From IMG/VR virus record IMGVR_UViG_3300014960_000001, positions 1 through 38,116 of that record: 38,116 nt of DNA. The stretch is one strand, 5' to 3'. Of this stretch, positions 23,814-31,009 are shown piece after piece; within the stretch, counting starts at the first letter, position 1, and the number at the start of each line of letters is the position of its first letter. The notes beneath the pieces are model-generated. The model saw only the letters and a program-made list of their open reading frames with translations, had not been told where the DNA came from and made no database searches. The position numbers and the translations under genes are program-made. The DNA comes from a virus.

Positions 23814-25423
23814 ATTCGATCACCCTCCGCCCCTATCAGGAACGCGCCATGAATGAGCTTCTGGCGTGGTTCGAGGCCAACGATGGGCATCCAATACTCG
23901 ATGCCGCGGTTGGCTCTGGCAAGTCGGTCATGCTGGCGTGGCTGTGCCAGCACGCGCTGAAGAACTGGCCACAGACACGCATCATCATGCTGGTGCCGAC
24001 GCGCGAGCTGCTGCAGCAGAATCTCGGCAAGCTGCTGGCCATCTGGCCTGAATCACCTGTTGGTGTCGTATCCGCCTCAGTAGGTCGCAAGGAACACGGC
24101 AACGCCATCACCATCGCAACCATCGGCTCGCTCTACAAGCACGCTGCAAAGATCGGTCACGTTGATCTGCTGATTGTCGATGAGTGCCACCTGATTCCTG
24201 GCGGCGATATGGGCATGTACCGCTCGTTTATCGCAGACCTGTCCAGATACTGCCCGGAACTTCGCGTCATCGGCGCGACGGGCAGTCCGTTCCGCGGCAA
24301 TGGCGTCTGGCTGACCTCCGTCGAGGATGCGATTTTTACTGACATCGCCTGTCGCATAACGATGGACGAACTTCTGGCCGCCGGCTACCTGGCGCCGCTG
24401 ACAACGGAATCGACAGCCACCAAGCTCGATGCGGACGGCGTGCGAATGGTCGGCGGCGATTATGTGGTGTCGGAACTTGCCAAAGCCATTGATCGGCCGG
24501 AATTGGTCACCGCCGCCTGCCGCGAGGCTATCCGCTTGGCTGCAGATCGCCAGAAGTGGCTGGTTTATTGCGTCACCGTCGAGCACGCCGGTCATGTATG
24601 CGACGAGCTGCGCCAGCTTGGCGTTGAATGCGACATGGTGACCGGCGAGACGCCGAAGGCCGAGCGGGCAGCCTTGATCGAGGCGTTTCGCAACGGTCAA
24701 CTGCGCTGCCTGGTGAGCGTGGCCGTGCTGACCACCGGATTTGATGTTCCTGACGTCGACTGCATCGTGCTGCTTCGTAATACGCAGTCGCCCGTTCTTT
24801 ATGTCCAGATCATGGGCCGCGGTATGCGGGTTGCTCCAAGCAAGGCCGACTGCCTAGTGCTCGACTTCACCGACACCATCGAGCGGCTTGGGCCGGTCAA
24901 CAAGGTCAAAGGGCGCCTGCCACGCAAGAACAAGGGCGAAGCGCCGGTCAAGGTCTGCGACGAGTGCGGTGCGCTCAATCCCATATCTGCAACAGAGTGC
25001 AAGCTGTGCGGCACGTTGTTTGTGGTGGAAGAAGTTGATCCGCACTCGACAAAAGCCAGTAGCGCGCTGGTGCTCGACATTGGTAAGCCGCGGATTACGA
25101 CCTACGAAGTGACGCACGTCGACTACGGGCTGCACCGCAAGCCGGGCAAGCCTGACTCGATGCTGGTGACCTACTGGAGCGGTATTCGTCAGGTGGCGCG
25201 CGAGTGGGTGTGCTTTGAGCATGACAACGAATGGGCAAGGAATCGCGCTGCTGCATGGTGGGCGCATCGTTGCCAAAACGGTGTAACGCCAACCGTTGCA
25301 GACGCCCTTCATCTGATCAACGAAGAAGGTCTGCAGCTTCGTGAGCCGATGGCGATCATCGTTAATGAATCCGAACAGTATCCAAAAATTATCAACTACT
25401 GCTGGGAAAGGAAAGCGGCATGA
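23810..25423 (+). CDS. SF2 DEAD/DEAH-box DNA helicase with a C-terminal zinc ribbon
   Basis: Contains GSGKS, DECH, TGSP, helicase-C motifs (QIMGRGMR) and CDECG...CKLCG. The start is GTG, in a GTGA overlap. Confidence 0.8.
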   Translation: MNSITLRPYQERAMNELLAWFEANDGHPILDAAVGSGKSVMLAWLCQHALKNWPQTRIIMLVPTRELLQQNLGKLLAIWPESPVGVVSASVGRKEHGNAITIATIGSLYKHAAKIGHVDLLIVDECHLIPGGDMGMYRSFIADLSRYCPELRVIGATGSPFRGNGVWLTSVEDAIFTDIACRITMDELLAAGYLAPLTTESTATKLDADGVRMVGGDYVVSELAKAIDRPELVTAACREAIRLAADRQKWLVYCVTVEHAGHVCDELRQLGVECDMVTGETPKAERAALIEAFRNGQLRCLVSVAVLTTGFDVPDVDCIVLLRNTQSPVLYVQIMGRGMRVAPSKADCLVLDFTDTIERLGPVNKVKGRLPRKNKGEAPVKVCDECGALNPISATECKLCGTLFVVEEVDPHSTKASSALVLDIGKPRITTYEVTHVDYGLHRKPGKPDSMLVTYWSGIRQVAREWVCFEHDNEWARNRAAAWWAHRCQNGVTPTVADALHLINEEGLQLREPMAIIVNESEQYPKIINYCWERKAA

Positions 25424-25611
25424 ACCGCATCGAATTCGATGACCGCATTTCGTATGTCAGGAAGGAACTGGCGGGCCTTGAGGCCGTGCAGACGGGTTGC
25501 ATGGGCTGTTCTCGGTATAGCGACGGCGTATGCAAGCAGCACGGCCCGGTGCCTGCCGACTTTATCCCGACCGGCTGCGACCAGTGGGACTACCAGGACA
25601 CGCCTTTCTGA
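25420..25611 (+). CDS. Small Cys-rich protein (63 aa)
   Basis: ATGA overlap with the helicase gene. Contains CMGC...C...C. Confidence 0.5.
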   Translation: MNRIEFDDRISYVRKELAGLEAVQTGCMGCSRYSDGVCKQHGPVPADFIPTGCDQWDYQDTPF

Positions 25612-25613
25612 TC

Positions 25614-25775
25614 ATGATTTACGACCACAAATGCACCACATGCCGCCACCGCAACGGCCAAGGCGTCCTGGCGCTCTGCACATTGAAGAAAGGCAGAGAA
25701 ACCCAGGTGCGCGTGATTAACAAGATGTCAATCGAGCAAATCAGCACATGCAGATACTTTCGAGAGAGGAAATGA
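25614..25775 (+). CDS. Small Cys-containing basic protein (53 aa)
   Basis: The ATG at 25614 lies 3 nt after the previous stop. Contains CTTCRH...C...C. Confidence 0.45.
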   Translation: MIYDHKCTTCRHRNGQGVLALCTLKKGRETQVRVINKMSIEQISTCRYFRERK

Positions 25776-25960
25776 TGGATCACATCCAGAGACTGACCGC
25801 CAGCAACCGAAAGCTGGTGATGGATTTGAACATGGCGAAGGCGTTCATAGCATCGCTGCTCGATCCGGAAATGTACGGCCACGCCGTATCGGATGAAGTT
25901 CGCCAGAAAGCCCTGCAGCTGCTCAACCGTGAGAAGCCGGTGACGTATGAACACCAGTGA
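25772..25960 (+). CDS. Small helical protein (62 aa)
   Basis: ATGA overlap and a GAGAGGA RBS. Confidence 0.45.
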   Translation: MMDHIQRLTASNRKLVMDLNMAKAFIASLLDPEMYGHAVSDEVRQKALQLLNREKPVTYEHQ

Positions 25961-26039
25961 GCTTGACGAAGTGGCGCTCAACGCTCTGCTCATGATCATC
26001 GTCGCCATTGGCTGCGTCACCTTGGGACTGCTGCTATGA
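25947..26039 (+). CDS. Hydrophobic micro-protein (30 aa)
   Basis: Translated by hand: MNTSELDEVALNALLMIIVAIGCVTLGLLL. Its stop overlaps the next ATG. Confidence 0.3.
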   Translation: MNTSELDEVALNALLMIIVAIGCVTLGLLL

Positions 26040-26212
26040 GACAGATCCTCGCAGATGCTGCCGTGCTGTTCGTCGTGGCGCTTGGATATTTGGCGGTCAA
26101 CGACAGCTTCGCCACAGACAAAGGCGCGAGAGAGCAGCGGCGGGCTACGGAAATTATGTTTGAAAGCTGCGTGGATAGCTGCCGCCAGGGCTGCGCGAAG
26201 GTGCCGAAATGA
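26036..26212 (+). CDS. Small membrane-anchored Cys-rich protein (58 aa)
   Basis: Translated by hand: MRQILADAAVLFVVALGYLAVNDSF...CVDSCRQGCAKVPK. ATGA overlaps occur at both ends. Confidence 0.4.
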   Translation: MRQILADAAVLFVVALGYLAVNDSFATDKGAREQRRATEIMFESCVDSCRQGCAKVPK

Positions 26213-26538
26213 CCGGCCGCCGCGACTACCACTGGCAGCTCATTCGGATGCTCATGGACGGCGCCCAATTATCTGCTGCGCAGATCACCGAATCATTGGG
26301 CTGCAACCGCGGGAACACCGAGCGGATCATCAACAACATGCACCATCATGGCTTGATTTATGTGATCCGCTACAGCAGCACCGCCACCGCAATTCATCGT
26401 GTGTGGGCGTGGCGTGACGGCGATCAGGAAGATGTGCCGCGGCCAAATCGAGTGAGCAATTCGGATCGGTGCGCGAAGTATCGGTGGAATCAGAAAGTGA
26501 AGGCCGGCGAAGTGCGGCTGGGTGTGTGGGGGCTATGA
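26209..26538 (+). CDS. Winged-helix/HTH-like protein (109 aa) immediately upstream of the methyltransferase
   Basis: The LSAAQITESLGCNRGNTERIINNM segment looks like an HTH. ATGA coupling occurs on both sides. Confidence 0.5.
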   Translation: MTGRRDYHWQLIRMLMDGAQLSAAQITESLGCNRGNTERIINNMHHHGLIYVIRYSSTATAIHRVWAWRDGDQEDVPRPNRVSNSDRCAKYRWNQKVKAGEVRLGVWGL

Positions 26539-27482
26539 ATGAGCTGGCTCTTTTCGCAGGCGCTGGTGGCGGAATACTCGGCGGCCATCTGCTCGGATGG
26601 AGAACCGTCTGTGCCGTCGAGTTCAATTCCTACGCCGCAAGCGTACTGTGCGCCCGACAAAATGACGGAATTCTGCCGCCTTTCCCGATTTGGGATGACG
26701 TTCGCACCTTTGACGGACATCAATGGCGAGGGCGTGTTGATGTCGTTTCTGGAGGCTTTCCATGCCAAGACATCAGCATCGCTGGGGGGGGGGCAGGACT
26801 CTCAGGAGAACGATCTGGACTCTGGGTGGAAATGGCCCGGATCATTGGCGAAGTACGACCCAGCTTCGTGTTCGTGGAAAACTCGCCAATGCTCACTCAT
26901 CGAGGACTTGGCACCGTTCTCGGAGATTTGGCCGAGATGGGGTTTGATGCGAAATGGGGAGTTGTGTCTGCTGCCGATACCGGCGCACCTCACCTCAGAG
27001 AGCGAATCTGGATTGTGGCCGACACCCTGCGCGAACGAGCGGGGGGGGGGAATACACCAGGATCACACCTAAGTTTGACTAAAGCAGTCCACGGATGGAT
27101 CAAAGGGCGACCAGGACAAGCGAGAGAAGAATGCAGAATTCCAACACCAACCGTATGCGGGAATTACAACAGGAAAGGATCGTCACCAACATCGGGCGAC
27201 GGTCTGGCGACGTTCGTCAAGATGTTTCCTACGCCAACCGTAGCGATGACCAAAGGCTCATCGGGGGGGGCAATGACGAGAAAAACAGGACGCAGTCGAT
27301 CGAACGACAGATTGGATTACGCGACGGAAGGAGCGCATCCAGAGAATGGCCGCCTGAACCCGACGTGGGTCGAGTGGCTCATGGGGTGGCCGCAAGGGTG
27401 GACAGACTTAAAGCCCTTGGCAATGGGCAAGTTCCGCGAGTGGCAGCAACAGCATGGCAACTTCTCAGAGGTGAGTGAATGA
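26535..27482 (+). CDS. DNA (cytosine-5) methyltransferase, frame open as assembled (315 aa); reads through three poly-G tracts as Gly runs
   Basis: Motif I FAGAGG, motif IV GFPCQ (26757-26768), motif VI-like FVENS, motif VIII-like HLRERIWIVA. Then come IPTPT/FPTPT modules and the motif IX-like LNPTWVEWLMGWPQGWT. The motif X sequence is not in this frame. Confidence 0.8.
   Translation: MNELALFAGAGGGILGGHLLGWRTVCAVEFNSYAASVLCARQNDGILPPFPIWDDVRTFDGHQWRGRVDVVSGGFPCQDISIAGGGAGLSGERSGLWVEMARIIGEVRPSFVFVENSPMLTHRGLGTVLGDLAEMGFDAKWGVVSAADTGAPHLRERIWIVADTLRERAGGGNTPGSHLSLTKAVHGWIKGRPGQAREECRIPTPTVCGNYNRKGSSPTSGDGLATFVKMFPTPTVAMTKGSSGGAMTRKTGRSRSNDRLDYATEGAHPENGRLNPTWVEWLMGWPQGWTDLKPLAMGKFREWQQQHGNFSEVSE
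26539..27072 (+). CDS. Overprinted +1-frame ORF inside the methyltransferase gene (177 aa as assembled), candidate second protein
   Basis: Its own ATG lies 4 nt after the MTase ATG. The composition is protein-like rather than a typical shadow ORF (Trp/Cys/Phe/Asp/Glu/Lys present, few Arg). It ends in SGLWPTPCA just before tract 2, and the same module recurs in frame 0 downstream. Confidence 0.45.
   Translation: MSWLFSQALVAEYSAAICSDGEPSVPSSSIPTPQAYCAPDKMTEFCRLSRFGMTFAPLTDINGEGVLMSFLEAFHAKTSASLGGGQDSQENDLDSGWKWPGSLAKYDPASCSWKTRQCSLIEDLAPFSEIWPRWGLMRNGELCLLPIPAHLTSESESGLWPTPCANERGGGIHQDHT
26784..26793 (+). repeat. Poly-G tract 1 (G10)
   Basis: Counted directly: gct + 10 g + ca. It lies 15 nt downstream of the PCQ codons. 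Confidence 0.95.
27041..27050 (+). repeat. Poly-G tract 2 (G10)
   Basis: Counted directly: the block 27041-27050 is all g, flanked by c and a. Confidence 0.95.
27083..27478 (+). CDS. Third-frame ORF encoding the methyltransferase motif X C-terminus (ATG at 27095)
   Basis: The frame-2 translation ends ...WPPEPDVGRVAHGVAARVDRLKALGNGQVPRVAATAWQLL, which is the canonical GN.VP motif X context. A TAA at 27080-27082 separates it from the catalytic N-terminal half. Confidence 0.45.
   Translation, partial: SSPRMDQRATRTSERRMQNSNTNRMRELQQERIVTNIGRRSGDVRQDVSYANRSDDQRLIGGGNDEKNRTQSIERQIGLRDGRSASREWPPEPDVGRVAHGVAARVDRLKALGNGQVPRVAATAWQLLRGE
27263..27270 (+). repeat. Poly-G tract 3 (G8)
   Basis: Counted directly: tc + 8 g + c. 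Confidence 0.95.
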
Positions 27483-27556
27483 TCGAATTCATGGCATGGG
27501 TGCTTTTCATGGCCATCTTGTGTTTGGCGCTCTGGCTTTATGTGGTGTGCGAATGA
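27479..27556 (+). CDS. Hydrophobic micro-protein (25 aa)
   Basis: Translated by hand: MIEFMAWVLFMAILCLALWLYVVCE. ATGA-type overlaps occur with both neighbours. Confidence 0.3.
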   Translation: MIEFMAWVLFMAILCLALWLYVVCE

Positions 27557-27720
27557 AGCAGCACGAATACGACGACGACGGTTGCTGCATCCATTGCGGT
27601 TTCGACGGTGCTGAATGGCATTGGTGGAAGACATCCACCTACGAAGGGCGCGCCCTAGCCGGTGAAGAATGCGAACCGGGAGATCGAATCAAAGAACCAG
27701 AATGCGTTGAGCGAAAATGA
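27553..27720 (+). CDS. Small Cys-rich acidic protein (55 aa)
   Basis: MKQHEYDDDGCCIHCGFDGAEWHWW... It is in frame with track ORF 27475..27720. Confidence 0.45.
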   Translation: MKQHEYDDDGCCIHCGFDGAEWHWWKTSTYEGRALAGEECEPGDRIKEPECVERK

Positions 27721-27908
27721 AGAAGACACCGTGGTTCCCAAACTCTATCAGGCCCGTGCATAAGGGATGGTATGAGTGCAAATCCTGCTGCGATATGTAC
27801 GGAGTGTCGACTAAACACTATTGGAACGGCAAATGCTGGTGTTGGGCGAAATCTGGATTGCTGATGTATCCAGATGCGGATGTTTCTTGGAGAGGGGTGC
27901 TGAAATGA
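27717..27908 (+). CDS. Small Trp/Cys-rich protein (63 aa)
   Basis: ORF-track entry with an ATGA overlap. Confidence 0.5.
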   Translation: MKKTPWFPNSIRPVHKGWYECKSCCDMYGVSTKHYWNGKCWCWAKSGLLMYPDADVSWRGVLK

Positions 27909-28114
27909 TTGATAGCGAAGCGTGGGTGATTATTGTGAGCGTGGTGATAGTCGCTGTCGCAACTGTCGGAGACATCGTGCTTGACGGGTATGGCTGCGTC
28001 AGCAAGTGGGAAGGCAGCGGGCTTGATCCGCAATACAAGGTGTTCGGGGGCTGCACGATTAAGCTGCCGGATGGAAGCAGGATTCCTACCTCTGCCTACA
28101 AGGTGCTGAAATGA
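27905..28114 (+). CDS. Small N-terminally anchored membrane protein (69 aa)
   Basis: MIDSEAWVIIVSVVIVAVATVG... ATGA overlaps occur at both ends. Confidence 0.45.
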   Translation: MIDSEAWVIIVSVVIVAVATVGDIVLDGYGCVSKWEGSGLDPQYKVFGGCTIKLPDGSRIPTSAYKVLK

Positions 28115-28971
28115 TGATCGCCGCCATGAAGCAAGCCCTTGAGGCGTTGGAATGGATGTACGGAGGGGAGCCGTGCAATACAGAAGCGGCAATCACCGCC
28201 ATCCGATCCGCCATCACCGAGGCAGAGAAGTGTGAGCCGGTGGGGTATATCGACGCCGAACAACTGCGCAGGTGGGATGTGTTGCGTGGAACGGAGTATG
28301 AAGTTGCCGAGCGATGTTATATGCCGTGGAGTCGTGTTCCGTTTCGGTCAGATGTGACGGATTGCTCTTTGCCAGTATTTATCTGCCCACCCGTCACGCA
28401 GCAGGAGCCGGTAGTTGATCTGATTAACGCACCCCGCGATAGGTATTGGCATCGCTACACCACCCCACAACCCTGCCCACGGTGCGCGGAGTTGGAAGCG
28501 AAGCTCAAAGAGCAATCGCTATGGTATCTGGCACGCGACACAGAAGCACACGAACTAGCAAATAGGTGCGCGGAATACGCCAAAGACATATTGCGCTTAG
28601 TTGAAACTGTGAAGTATCTGCGCGGCATTGCTGAACGCGGGACAGGTAATGAATGTCCGCCAGATGAAACGGTAGAGCAATTTGTACTTGGGTATGTCAA
28701 GCAGTTGGAAGCACGGTGCGCGGAGTTGGAGGGTATCGCCGAGTATCACTCCGACGCATTCAAACGCGCACACGATGAAGCGGTTGGTTTCAAGAAGAAG
28801 GTCGCGGAGTTGGAAGCCGAGAACGCGGAACTCAGGCGGGACGCGGAGAGGTATCGGTGGCTGCGGGATACGTTGGCGTGGGATGAAAAACTTGACGTGA
28901 TTATCTGTATGCGCCGGTTCGATGAGTGGGATGCCGCCATCGACGCCGCGATGAAGGAGGAAACGAAATGA
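28111..28971 (+). CDS. Coiled-coil protein (286 aa), possibly Ea22-like
   Basis: ORF-track entry with long Glu/Ala/Leu/Arg heptad-like stretches in the C-terminal half. Confidence 0.5.
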   Translation: MMIAAMKQALEALEWMYGGEPCNTEAAITAIRSAITEAEKCEPVGYIDAEQLRRWDVLRGTEYEVAERCYMPWSRVPFRSDVTDCSLPVFICPPVTQQEPVVDLINAPRDRYWHRYTTPQPCPRCAELEAKLKEQSLWYLARDTEAHELANRCAEYAKDILRLVETVKYLRGIAERGTGNECPPDETVEQFVLGYVKQLEARCAELEGIAEYHSDAFKRAHDEAVGFKKKVAELEAENAELRRDAERYRWLRDTLAWDEKLDVIICMRRFDEWDAAIDAAMKEETK

Positions 28972-29318
28972 GCATGTACCAAAATTATCCGAACCAACTG
29001 CAAGCCTCGCAGCAGAAAGAACAATGGCGCGATGAACTTCCAAAGGCAAATGGCGCTGTATCTGTCGATCCCGTCACGCCTTTGCAAGAGCGGGCGAAGC
29101 AACTCGCGCATGAGTTTGACGAACTGGAAGCCGTCATCGTTGCCTTGTGGAGCAAGTTGCACCCGTTCCTGTACGACGGACAGCCGGCAATGGAAGACAA
29201 GATTCCAGCTAAGGACGCGCCTCATTCCCGCGTGTGGGAGGAATTGAATAATGCTTCTGCTCGGGTAGCGCACAACCGCATCGTATTGGCGCAGTTGCTT
29301 GAGAGGATCGAGGTATGA
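28968..29318 (+). CDS. Unknown protein (116 aa)
   Basis: A strong GAAGGAGG RBS and an ATGA overlap. Confidence 0.55.
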   Translation: MSMYQNYPNQLQASQQKEQWRDELPKANGAVSVDPVTPLQERAKQLAHEFDELEAVIVALWSKLHPFLYDGQPAMEDKIPAKDAPHSRVWEELNNASARVAHNRIVLAQLLERIEV

Positions 29319-29701
29319 CCTCCCTCACCGACTTGAAGCGCCTCGCGGAAGCGGCGACGGCAGGGCCGTGGACTAATCGTGAATTAGAAAACATGGAAGA
29401 TTGCATTCTCGGCTCTGACGGTGAAACATGGGTGCTTTACAACGATGAAATTAACACCATGAAACAGACCGACTCTGATTACGTTACCGCCGCCAACCCG
29501 CAGCAGATCATCGCCATGATCGAGTGCATGGAGAAGATGCAGACGGCATTGCGCTACATCGCAGATTACTACGACCCTGTTGGATTTAGCAGCAGGTTGG
29601 CGCATCAGACCATCGCTGCCTACGACCAGTTCGCCGCGCCGCAGGGGGATAGTTCCATAAGCTCATCCCAGTCGACACCTGCGTGTGCGGCACCCGATTG
29701 A
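29315..29701 (+). CDS. Ead/Ea22-like protein (128 aa)
   Basis: The N-terminal LKRLAEAATAGPW motif is typical of the Ead/Ea22-like family in lambdoid phages. Confidence 0.5.
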   Translation: MTSLTDLKRLAEAATAGPWTNRELENMEDCILGSDGETWVLYNDEINTMKQTDSDYVTAANPQQIIAMIECMEKMQTALRYIADYYDPVGFSSRLAHQTIAAYDQFAAPQGDSSISSSQSTPACAAPD

Positions 29702-29737
29702 TTCGCTATTCGCAAATAACCAACCAGGAGCAAACCC

Positions 29738-29896
29738 ATGCAAGTAACCCTTGACCAGAACGTCACCAAATCACTCGTCCAGCTACTCGCCGCTGCGATC
29801 CATCCGACCACGCCCTTCGCTATGGTGTTTGAACACATCAAGGCGCTGGAGGCGGCGCCTGTTGTCGAGGAAAAGAATGTTTCTGACGCGGGATGA
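29738..29896 (+). CDS. Small protein (52 aa), unknown function
   Basis: Translated by hand, with an AGGAG RBS 8 nt upstream. Confidence 0.4.
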   Translation: MQVTLDQNVTKSLVQLLAAAIHPTTPFAMVFEHIKALEAAPVVEEKNVSDAG

Positions 29897-30071
29897 ACTG
29901 ATAGAGCTGACCGGCTACCACACCAGGCCGAAGTGCCTGTCGTGGCTGACGGTCAACGGCTATCGCTACCATGTCGCAAGCGACGGCTGGCCGCGTGTGC
30001 TAAGGTCTGCCGTTGTCGAGCGCCTTGGCGGCAAGCAAGAGGCGCCGGAACCGCAATTGAGGTTCGGATGA
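29877..30071 (+). CDS. DUF4224-like small DNA-binding protein, probable excisionase/recombination directionality factor
   Basis: MFLTRDELIELTGYHTRPKCLSWLTVNGYRY... matches the DUF4224 pattern. It lies directly upstream of, and overlaps, int. Confidence 0.6.
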   Translation: MFLTRDELIELTGYHTRPKCLSWLTVNGYRYHVASDGWPRVLRSAVVERLGGKQEAPEPQLRFG

Positions 30072-31009
30072 AACTTCCTGCGAAGATGCACTTCAAGCAT
30101 GGCGCGTACTACTACGTCCACCAGAACAAGTGGACGAAGTTGAGCCGCGACTATCCGGAAGCACTTCGCAAGTATTCATCGATGGTATCGAGCGTCGGCG
30201 TCGGCATGGAATCCCTGCTGGATCGCTTCCTGTTGCGTCAAACAGGCGAGGTGGCTACCAGCACCTTGGCGGTAAATAGAAACGCCGTGAAGAGGCTAAA
30301 AACCATATTTGCCGAGTTCTCGCCGGAACAGGTGCAGCCAAAGCACATCTTCGCTTTGCGGAACGAATACAAGGCAAAGCCGGCCTGGGCGAATAGGTTC
30401 CTATACGTCCTGAAGGGTGCCTTCAATCTCGCCATCGAGGAAGGATTGATCGTCGCCAATCCGGTGCGGGACGTGACCAACTTGAAAGAAAAGAAGCGCG
30501 ACAGGTACATCACCACCGAGGAATTCAACGCCATCAGGGAACAGGCCAACGAATCCATGAAAGCCATCATGGATGTTGCCTACCTGACCGGCCAGCGCAT
30601 CGGCGATGTTCTGGCGATCAAGCTAAAAGACTTGCGAGAGGATGGGATTTATTTCCGGCAGAGCAAGACCGGCACCGAGCTGATTGTCGGATGGTCGCCG
30701 GAACTGAGGAAGGCCGTGGCGGATGCGAAGCAGATTCATGCTTCGGTGAAGGGATTCTCGCTATTCAGAACGCGCCAAGGCAATCAGCTGGCCTACAGGA
30801 CGGTTCATGACTTCTGGAACAACGCGAGATTAAAGGCTGGCCTGGTGGATTGCAGAATCCACGACCTGAGGGCGAAGGCGGGAACCGACGCCAGGAAGCA
30901 GGGCCAGGACAGCAAGGCGCTGCTCGGCCACAAATCTGACAGCTCACACAATCGCTATATCCGCGATCCGGATGTGCCGATTGTCGAGGCAGTCAGGAAG
31001 AAAACTTAG
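30068..31009 (+). CDS. int: Tyrosine integrase
   Basis: Catalytic signature: R in TGQRIGD, HDLRAKAGT (H-x-x-R), and LLGHKSDSSHNRY (H...Y). 313 aa from the ATG at 30068. Confidence 0.85.
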   Translation: MKLPAKMHFKHGAYYYVHQNKWTKLSRDYPEALRKYSSMVSSVGVGMESLLDRFLLRQTGEVATSTLAVNRNAVKRLKTIFAEFSPEQVQPKHIFALRNEYKAKPAWANRFLYVLKGAFNLAIEEGLIVANPVRDVTNLKEKKRDRYITTEEFNAIREQANESMKAIMDVAYLTGQRIGDVLAIKLKDLREDGIYFRQSKTGTELIVGWSPELRKAVADAKQIHASVKGFSLFRTRQGNQLAYRTVHDFWNNARLKAGLVDCRIHDLRAKAGTDARKQGQDSKALLGHKSDSSHNRYIRDPDVPIVEAVRKKT

